DNA from: Hyalangium minutum
GTDB taxonomy: Bacteria > Myxococcota > Myxococcia > Myxococcales > Myxococcaceae
Length of the DNA stretch: 64,000 nucleotides
Assembly (NCBI RefSeq): GCF_000737315.1
Contig: NZ_JMCB01000017.1
Span: forward strand, 1 to 64,000
Reading direction: 5' to 3'
The translations under genes and the position numbers were made by a program. Position 1 is the first letter of the stretch; every line of letters begins with the position of its first letter. Shown in pieces: positions 57,527 through 64,000 of this stretch. The notes beneath the pieces are model-generated. The model ran no database searches and was not told the DNA's origin. It was given only the letters and a program-made list of their open reading frames with translations.

Positions 57527-60500
57527 TCAAGGCGTATACAAATCTGCGGTGCCCACCGTGCGATAGGTGGCGCCCCCCAGCCCGCCCACGACGAGCACGC
57601 GGCCGTTGTGCAACAGCGTCGCCGTGTGGAAGATGTTGGAAGAGAACATGGAGCCAGCCGCGCTCAGCTTCCTCGAGGACGGGTCATACAGCTCGGCCGT
57701 CGTCGGCAAGCCGAAGTAGTGCATCCCGCCTGTGAGAAGCACCCGGCCATCCGTCAGCAGCGTGGCCGTGTGCCTTTCGATGCTCATGCGGAGATGGCCC
57801 ACGGCGCTCCACGTGTTGGCCTGCGGGTCGTACACCTCCGCGGAGCCACTGCCCACAGCGAGCACCTGGCCGCCAGGTAGCGCCGTGAGTGTGAGGAGGG
57901 AGCGCGGCGTGCCCATGGGAGCCACTGCGCTCCAGGAGTCTGTCCCGGGGTCATACACCTCCGCCGAAGCGAGTACCCCCTGGATATTATTGGCCCCTCC
58001 CACGACGAGCACCTTGCCTCCGGGCAACAGCACCGCGCCGTGGGATTCGCGGGGCATTGCCATGGAAGCGGCCGCGCTCCAGGTGTTTGTCACCGGGTCG
58101 TAGAGTTCCACGGAGGATAAGGGCACGCTGCTGTCCCTTCCTCCCGCAGCCAGCACGCGGCCATCCGGGAGCATTGTCGCCGTGTGGGAGATACGACCCG
58201 CGGCCATGGCGCCCGCAGAGCTCCAAATGCCCGTGGCCGGGTCGTACCGCTCCGCCGTGGACAGCACCTCCTCATTGTTGGCTCCCCCGGCGACGAGCAC
58301 CTGGCCGTCGCGCAGCAGTGTGGCGGAGTGGTCCACGTGAGCCACCGCCATGCTTCCGGTCTGGCGCCAGACGCCCGCGGCGACGTCGTACACCTCCGCG
58401 CTGGACGCAGCGATCTCGGCATCGGGGCCTGTCGCGCCTCCCGCGACGAGCACCCGGCCGTCGCGCAACAGTGTCGCCGAGTGCATCATGCGCGCCATCG
58501 ACAGTGGGCTGGCAGGACTCCAGAACCCCGGAGCGGGGCCGTAGACCTCCGCGGACACACCGCTGCTGCTGCCATGGCCCCCGGCCACGAGTACCCGGCC
58601 GTCGCGCAGCAGCGTCAGCGTCGGCCGCATACGGACCCGCTCAATTCCGATCTCGGACAGGCTCCAGGAACCCGCCGCCGGGTTATAGATTTCCGGGGGA
58701 GTGTTCGAGGACACATGCGCCACGAGCACCCGGCCATCCGACAGCAGCGTCGCCTTGGGCCGATAGAAAGACACGCGCATGGAGGAAGCTTGACCCCAGG
58801 TGCCAGCCACCGGGTCGTACACCTGCGAGGGATTGCCTGGGAGGAGCACCCGGCCCGTCCGCAGCAGGATCGCTGCATGTTGGGACCAGGATCCGGCCAC
58901 GGAGCCCGTCTCGCGCCAGGTGCCCGTGGCGGAGTCATACAGCTCCGCTGACGAGGAGGACCCACTGTCCCCTCCTACGACCAACACCTGGCCGTTGAGC
59001 AACACCGTCGCCGTGTGGTCATTCCGCCGCATGACCATGGAGCCCGTCTGGCGCCAGGTGCGCGAAGCGGGCTCGTACACCTCCGCCGTGTTACGGCTGG
59101 CAGGGATGGTGCCTCCCCCCATGACCAGCACCTGCCCATTGGGCAGCAGCACCGCCGCGTGCCGATCGCGCGGAACGCTCATGACACCGGCAGAGCTCCA
59201 GGTGCGTGAGACGGGATCGTACACCTCCGCGGATGCGAGCCGGCTCGAGTTGGAGAGCCCTCCCGTGACGAGCACCTGGCCATTGGGGAGCAGCGTCGCC
59301 GTGTGGCCAACACGAGGCGTGGCCATGGAACCCGTGGCACTCCAGCTGTCCGTCGCCGGGTTGAACAGCTCCGCCGAGGCGAGCTCACTGCCATGGGCTC
59401 CGCCCGCGACGAGCACCTGCCCATCGGGCAGCAGCGTCGCCGTGTGGCCGTCTCGAACAGCCACCATGGGCTCCGTGGCGTTCCATCTCCACTGCACGGA
59501 GGCACAGCCTTCACTCACGCCATTGCAGTTCTCATCCGCGGGCGTCGAGCAGTCCTCGGGCTGGGGAAGCTGCTGGCCCTCACAGCTCACATTGCCGAAC
59601 AGATCACACGCCACGGTCCCCCCATGGCAGATGCCCACACCCTGGGTCGACGGTGAGCCGCCGTAGCAGGGCTGGCCTTGCAGAAGGGAGCAGGAGCAGT
59701 CCTCGTTCACCGCCCCATCGCAGTTCTCATCAAAGGGGCCCTGGCAGCTCTCGGCCGCCGGCAGCACCTCTCCCTGGCAGGCACTCCATCCCGACCCGAA
59801 GACGTTGCACTGCCGACGCCCCGCCCGGCACACCCCCTGGCCCTCGGTTCCCGCAGGCCCTGAATACGCGCAGGGCTCATAAGCCCCCGGTGCACAGTCG
59901 TCACGGAAGTCCAGCGTGAGCGAGACCTCGGAGCACGCGCCACCGCCGCACACCGCTGCTTCAGCCGAGCCCGTCACCCTCACCGTGTCCGAGGCGAACC
60001 CGCCAGGCCGGCCGGCATAGATGTCGGCCGTGTGGCCCCGCTTGATCTCGACGCACGCCCTGCCCTGGCTGTTCGTGTAGACCGGAAAGCTCTGGCCTGA
60101 ATAGTCGACGCCGCGCGCGGACACCGAGGAATTCTGGACGGGGCTCCCGTCGAGATCCAAGACCAGGACATTCACACAGCTCTTGTCCGTCCACGGCGCA
60201 TCCGTGTTCCACCAGGTGAAGTGGCTCACCTGGAGCCTCCAGACCAGCCGGCCCGGCTGCGTCCGCGAGGCGAACAGGGTGCCCACGCCCTCCTCGCGCC
60301 AGATCCCCGCGTCCAGATCAAACCACCATGCGGGCACGGTGCCGCCCACCTCGAGCCGGCCGGACAGGGCCTCCGGCAGCACGAACTCCAGGGTCGCCGA
60401 CTTCCCGGGCGCCAGCTGCGCGGGAGCGCCGTGGCTCCACAGGCTCACCTCGGCCATGAAGAAGCTCTCCAGCTGCACCGGCTCACCACTCGCGGCGGCG

Positions 60501-62158
60501 ATGCCCTCCAGCGGCCCAGGCATGGCGTCCAGTTGCCTCGTAGGGTCCAGCGGGACGATGGTGACCTCTACCGTCCCGGAGACCGGCTGGCCCAGCGCAT
60601 CCACCACGGCGTCGGCCGGGAGGGTGACCCGCACCTCCTCCGTCTGGATGACGCCGCCCTGCTCGGCCTGGAAGGGAATGGGCGCCGGCAGCGGCAGCAG
60701 GACCACTTGGGCTCCCGCGTGTGCTCCCGCCTCCAGCTCCACCACCGCCGAGCCCGAGGTGAAGCCCTGCGCGTCCACCCGAGCCCGCACGCGCCCCGGC
60801 GGCAGGTTCTCCAGCAACAGGTGGCCCGAGCTGTCCACGGGGAACACAGCGCCCTGCGTGGACACGGCGGCCGCCGTCACCGGACTGCCTGTGACATCGA
60901 TGACCTGGAGGAAGAGGCTGGTGCCAGACGGCTCGGTCGGCGGCTGCGGCTCGGAGGGCCGGCCCGGGGGCGTATACACCTCGGCCGAGGCCTGGCTGCC
61001 GTTGCTGAAGCCTCCCGCCACCAGCACCCGGCCTCCCGCCAGCAGCGTCGCGGTGTGCTGGTAGCGGCCCGCCCCCATCGCTCCCGCGGACTGCCACGTG
61101 CCCAGGGCTGGGTCATACACCTCCGCCGCGGCGAGGATGCCTGCGTACTCATGGAAGCCTCCCGCCACCAGCACGTGTCCCGAGGGAAGCAGCACCGCCG
61201 AGTGAGCACGGCGCGGCTGGGCCATGCTGGCGCTCGCCGTCCACGTGCCCGTGGCTGGATCCAACACCTCCACGGAGCGGCTGCCCTCGCTGCTGGAGCC
61301 GCCACCGCCTGCCACGAGCACCTTGCCATCAGCCAGCAGCGTCGCCGTGTGGGAAGCGCGCGGGGTGGCCAGGCTCCCCACGGCGCTCCAGCGGCCCGTG
61401 GCCGCGTCATACACCTCGGCCGAGCCCAGAAGCTGGCCACCGCCGTCCGTGCCTCCCGTCACCAGCACCCGGCCGCCGCTCAACAGCGTCGCCGTGTGGT
61501 TGCGGCGGGCCACGGCCAGCGGCCCCGTCGCGGTCCAGGTGCCGGTAGCCGGGTCATACAGCTCGGCCGAGGACAGCGCGCCTCCCCCGGACTCGCTGTC
61601 CGCCCCTCCCGTCACCAGCACCCGGCCGCCCGGCAGCAACGTGGCCGTGTGGTAGAGCCGGGGCGTCACCATGTTGCCGGAGGGGGCCCAGGTGCCACTC
61701 GTGGGATCGTACACCTCCGAGGAGATGCCGCTGTTCCACTCGGCCCCGCCCACGCCAGCGATCAGCACCCGTCCATTGGGCAGCAGCGTCGCCGTGGCCG
61801 CGCGGTGGGTGTTGAGCGCATCCGCCGTGCGGCTCCAGGTGCCCGAGGTGGGCTCGTAGAGCTCCGCCGAGCGGTTGTAACCGCCCATGGCCAGCACCCG
61901 CCCATCCCCCAGCAGCGTCGCGGTGTGCAGCAGCCGTCCCTGCGCCATGGAGCCTGTCGCACTCCAGGCTCCTTCCAGAGTGGACACCCTCCGCTCCGAG
62001 CGCCCCGCGGTGCTCGGCCGAGGAGAGAAGTGTCCTCCGGAAGGGCCAGCGGCGGCGTCACCGCAGCCCAGGCTTCCGAGGCACAGCCCCCCCAGGAGCA
62101 AGGAAAGAATCAGTCCGGTTGGCCTCCCTAACCTCAGCCACTGCTTGAGCTGGTGCAT
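57527..62158 (-). CDS. giant Kelch-repeat lipoprotein: 7 Kelch repeats, carboxypeptidase-regulatory-like domain, ZU5/CILP-like domain, Cys-rich repeats, 14 Kelch repeats
   Basis: Lipobox SLGC; repeats R..HTATLL.DG.VLV.GG...SAE.YDP..GTW; HFTWWN motif; CDG/CNG Cys-rich units. ATG 62158 preferred as start. Confidence 0.88.
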   Translation of the reverse strand: MHQLKQWLRLGRPTGLILSLLLGGLCLGSLGCGDAAAGPSGGHFSPRPSTAGRSERRVSTLEGAWSATGSMAQGRLLHTATLLGDGRVLAMGGYNRSAELYEPTSGTWSRTADALNTHRAATATLLPNGRVLIAGVGGAEWNSGISSEVYDPTSGTWAPSGNMVTPRLYHTATLLPGGRVLVTGGADSESGGGALSSAELYDPATGTWTATGPLAVARRNHTATLLSGGRVLVTGGTDGGGQLLGSAEVYDAATGRWSAVGSLATPRASHTATLLADGKVLVAGGGGSSSEGSRSVEVLDPATGTWTASASMAQPRRAHSAVLLPSGHVLVAGGFHEYAGILAAAEVYDPALGTWQSAGAMGAGRYQHTATLLAGGRVLVAGGFSNGSQASAEVYTPPGRPSEPQPPTEPSGTSLFLQVIDVTGSPVTAAAVSTQGAVFPVDSSGHLLLENLPPGRVRARVDAQGFTSGSAVVELEAGAHAGAQVVLLPLPAPIPFQAEQGGVIQTEEVRVTLPADAVVDALGQPVSGTVEVTIVPLDPTRQLDAMPGPLEGIAAASGEPVQLESFFMAEVSLWSHGAPAQLAPGKSATLEFVLPEALSGRLEVGGTVPAWWFDLDAGIWREEGVGTLFASRTQPGRLVWRLQVSHFTWWNTDAPWTDKSCVNVLVLDLDGSPVQNSSVSARGVDYSGQSFPVYTNSQGRACVEIKRGHTADIYAGRPGGFASDTVRVTGSAEAAVCGGGACSEVSLTLDFRDDCAPGAYEPCAYSGPAGTEGQGVCRAGRRQCNVFGSGWSACQGEVLPAAESCQGPFDENCDGAVNEDCSCSLLQGQPCYGGSPSTQGVGICHGGTVACDLFGNVSCEGQQLPQPEDCSTPADENCNGVSEGCASVQWRWNATEPMVAVRDGHTATLLPDGQVLVAGGAHGSELASAELFNPATDSWSATGSMATPRVGHTATLLPNGQVLVTGGLSNSSRLASAEVYDPVSRTWSSAGVMSVPRDRHAAVLLPNGQVLVMGGGTIPASRNTAEVYEPASRTWRQTGSMVMRRNDHTATVLLNGQVLVVGGDSGSSSSAELYDSATGTWRETGSVAGSWSQHAAILLRTGRVLLPGNPSQVYDPVAGTWGQASSMRVSFYRPKATLLSDGRVLVAHVSSNTPPEIYNPAAGSWSLSEIGIERVRMRPTLTLLRDGRVLVAGGHGSSSGVSAEVYGPAPGFWSPASPLSMARMMHSATLLRDGRVLVAGGATGPDAEIAASSAEVYDVAAGVWRQTGSMAVAHVDHSATLLRDGQVLVAGGANNEEVLSTAERYDPATGIWSSAGAMAAGRISHTATMLPDGRVLAAGGRDSSVPLSSVELYDPVTNTWSAAASMAMPRESHGAVLLPGGKVLVVGGANNIQGVLASAEVYDPGTDSWSAVAPMGTPRSLLTLTALPGGQVLAVGSGSAEVYDPQANTWSAVGHLRMSIERHTATLLTDGRVLLTGGMHYFGLPTTAELYDPSSRKLSAAGSMFSSNIFHTATLLHNGRVLVVGGLGGATYRTVGTADLYTP

Positions 62159-62223
62159 ATGCGCCCCTGACCTCGTGTGAGACAGAAGCTGCCTGTCCGT
62201 GAGAGCGGAACTGGGGCCTCTGT

Positions 62224-62257
62224 TCACAAGGGAGGCTCCGGGCGCTCGGGCTATGCA
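62224..62257 (-). promoter_or_regulatory. shared upstream motif, copy 2 (TGCATAGC-N13-GCCTCC-N2-TGTGA)
   Basis: About 66 nt upstream of the Kelch ATG 62158. Confidence 0.5.
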
Positions 62258-62280
62258 CACTTTTTTGGCGAGGAGCACCG

Positions 62281-64000
62281 TCAAGGCGAGGGCTGGGCCT
62301 GAGCCTCCAGCCCACGCAAGGGCCCAGCCTGGCCGGCGAGAATGAACGGCGCCCAGAAGTGCGGATGCGGCTGTGTCTGGCGCAGGGTCCGCATCGCCTG
62401 GTGCAGCGCGGCGGAGCGGCCCTCTCCCGCCAGCAGATGCTGGTAGTAGAGCGCCATGAGCTGGTGGGTCACCGTGTCATCGACTTTCCAGAGGCTGGTG
62501 ACCAGCGACTCGGCACCGGCCACCATCAGGGCCCGGCGCAGGCCGTAGACCCCCTGGCCGAGGCGCACCTCCCCCCGTCCCGTGTCGCAGGCCGACAGCA
62601 CCACCAGCTGCGTGCCCCACAAGTCGAGCCCCGCCAGCTCCAGGGCTGTGACAAGGGAGTCCTCACGGGCAAGCGCCCTGGGCGGCCCCGGCGGGGCCCT
62701 CGTGCCCGCGAGCACCAGTCCGGAGCGCAGCAAAGGATCGGCGAGGGGCTGCTGCGGTCCCGCGTCACCGGCGGCACCAAAGTAGCCCACGGCCCGGGTG
62801 GAGCCTGAAGGGGTGGAATCCTCGAGAAAGAAGCCGTGGGTGGCGACGTGAAGGATCCCCGGCGGCTTCAGCGTCAACAGCGCCTCCTTGGTGGCGGCGG
62901 GCCCCAGCAGGAGCCGCGCCTCGGGAAACAGGCGGTGAATGGTCTCGGCCTCCTTGCGTGTGCCGGGCAGCGAAGGCCAGGGCTGATCGCTCCCCTCCGA
63001 GCGCTGCGCGGAGAGGACACGCTCCACGGAGGCAGAGCGCTTCGTGAGGGCGGGCACCCCTCCGCTGTCCAGGGAGGGAGCAGCGAGAGCGGGGACAAAC
63101 TGAGGATCGGCCAGGACGACCACGGAGTTGGCAAGCGGCAGCTCCTCGGGACGCGGCAGCGCCTCCTTGCCCGAGGTGAGATAGGTGATGTCCATGCGCT
63201 CCACCAGGTAGCGGCGGCCGTCGTGGAGCGCGGCGAACGGGACGAGCGCGAGCTGGCCATCGGGTGAGACGAACAGTCGCTGCACCTTGCCGAGGTGTGG
63301 CGCGATGGGACGGAACACGCGCTGGTAGAGGACCTGGGCTGCGGCGGAAGCGTCCGCCGTCCGGCTCTCGAGCGCCTGATGCAAGCGCAGGACAGCGCGA
63401 TCGATGCGCTCCGCAGGGCCGAGATCCACCGCATGGGTGCGGCCATCCGCGAACAGCAGGAGCGCGAGGTAGCGCAGGGACGCAGGCGCCTGCGAGGCGA
63501 GCGCGCCACGCATGGGGATGAGCAGGCTGTCCCGGTAGGCGACGAACTCGACGAGCGCGCTCCCCCGTGGGAGGGCCTTGACCACACGAGGGATGATCTC
63601 CTCGGGAGACGGGAGCGAGGACAGGGCTCGCATCGGCGCCGAGCGCTTGGCGAGACCTGCCTCGAGGGCATCCCCCTCGTCGGCGAGCTGCTGGAGGCGA
63701 AGCTGATGGTCCGCCGGCGAGAGCGTGCCGGGGCCCGAGAGCGCCAGCGTGGAGAGCTGGGTCCGCACGGCGCGCAGGCTCTCGAAGGTCCTGCGATCCT
63801 CCTCCCCCAAGCCGCGGGAGATGAGGTGGGAGAGGTGGGTCAGCTCTTCCACCGAGCGGCCCTTCCGGAGGAGCGCGGCGGCGAGGGCGAGATGGCGCAC
63901 GCGGGGCTCCTCCGGATGCGCGCTGGCGAGCGCATAGAGCTCCTCCTCCTCTCCTCGCAGAAGGCCCAGGTAACGGGTCAGGCGCACCTCCGAGACGCCA
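62281..64000 (-). CDS. second CHAT caspase-like protease, C-terminal part (start beyond the right edge)
   Basis: Frame is open to the window end; ALLRKGRS, HVATHG, LSACDTG, HPHFWAPF; close paralog of the 53291 gene. Confidence 0.9.
   Translation of the reverse strand, partial: GVSEVRLTRYLGLLRGEEEELYALASAHPEEPRVRHLALAAALLRKGRSVEELTHLSHLISRGLGEEDRRTFESLRAVRTQLSTLALSGPGTLSPADHQLRLQQLADEGDALEAGLAKRSAPMRALSSLPSPEEIIPRVVKALPRGSALVEFVAYRDSLLIPMRGALASQAPASLRYLALLLFADGRTHAVDLGPAERIDRAVLRLHQALESRTADASAAAQVLYQRVFRPIAPHLGKVQRLFVSPDGQLALVPFAALHDGRRYLVERMDITYLTSGKEALPRPEELPLANSVVVLADPQFVPALAAPSLDSGGVPALTKRSASVERVLSAQRSEGSDQPWPSLPGTRKEAETIHRLFPEARLLLGPAATKEALLTLKPPGILHVATHGFFLEDSTPSGSTRAVGYFGAAGDAGPQQPLADPLLRSGLVLAGTRAPPGPPRALAREDSLVTALELAGLDLWGTQLVVLSACDTGRGEVRLGQGVYGLRRALMVAGAESLVTSLWKVDDTVTHQLMALYYQHLLAGEGRSAALHQAMRTLRQTQPHPHFWAPFILAGQAGPLRGLEAQAQPSP

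Noticed and set aside
53291-64000. CHAT genes as CRISPR type III-E Craspase or gasdermin defence
   Set aside because: No cas, array or gasdermin-like gene in the window; the complete CHAT has a lipoprotein signal

Overview
High-GC myxobacterial (Myxococcales, Cystobacterineae-like) chromosomal window. From left to right: (1) the N-terminus of a Ser/Thr kinase coupled to a DUF2381-family gene; (2) an accessory redox island (hydrolase, 4 SDRs, 2 AraC, 1 HxlR); (3) a gamma-glutamylation catabolic cluster (GS-like ligase, ALDH, Fe-ADH, class I glutamine amidotransferase); (4) core genes rho, ligA, acyP, rne, a yihY-like gene and an IHF/HU gene; (5) an 11-gene minus-strand type III export cluster with no ATPase, secretin or translocon in the window; (6) a double-kinase hybrid sensor, two receiver proteins and a PilZ protein; (7) a MoxR-DUF58-vWA (Bat-like) operon continuing into a MacB/FtsX-type ABC transporter; (8) an island with two TPR-CHAT caspase-like proteases flanking a giant Kelch protein and a Cys-rich PPC lipoprotein. 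Best lead: the first T3SS gene (34380-34883) ends in a 33-residue segment that aligns without gaps to the Salmonella needle protein PrgI. It sits in the sctF-sctI-sctJ-sctK position behind a sigma54-type promoter, in a myxobacterial system type usually described as needleless. No tRNA, rRNA, CRISPR array, transposase or integrase was seen. All assignments come from motifs recognised by eye; no database search was run.
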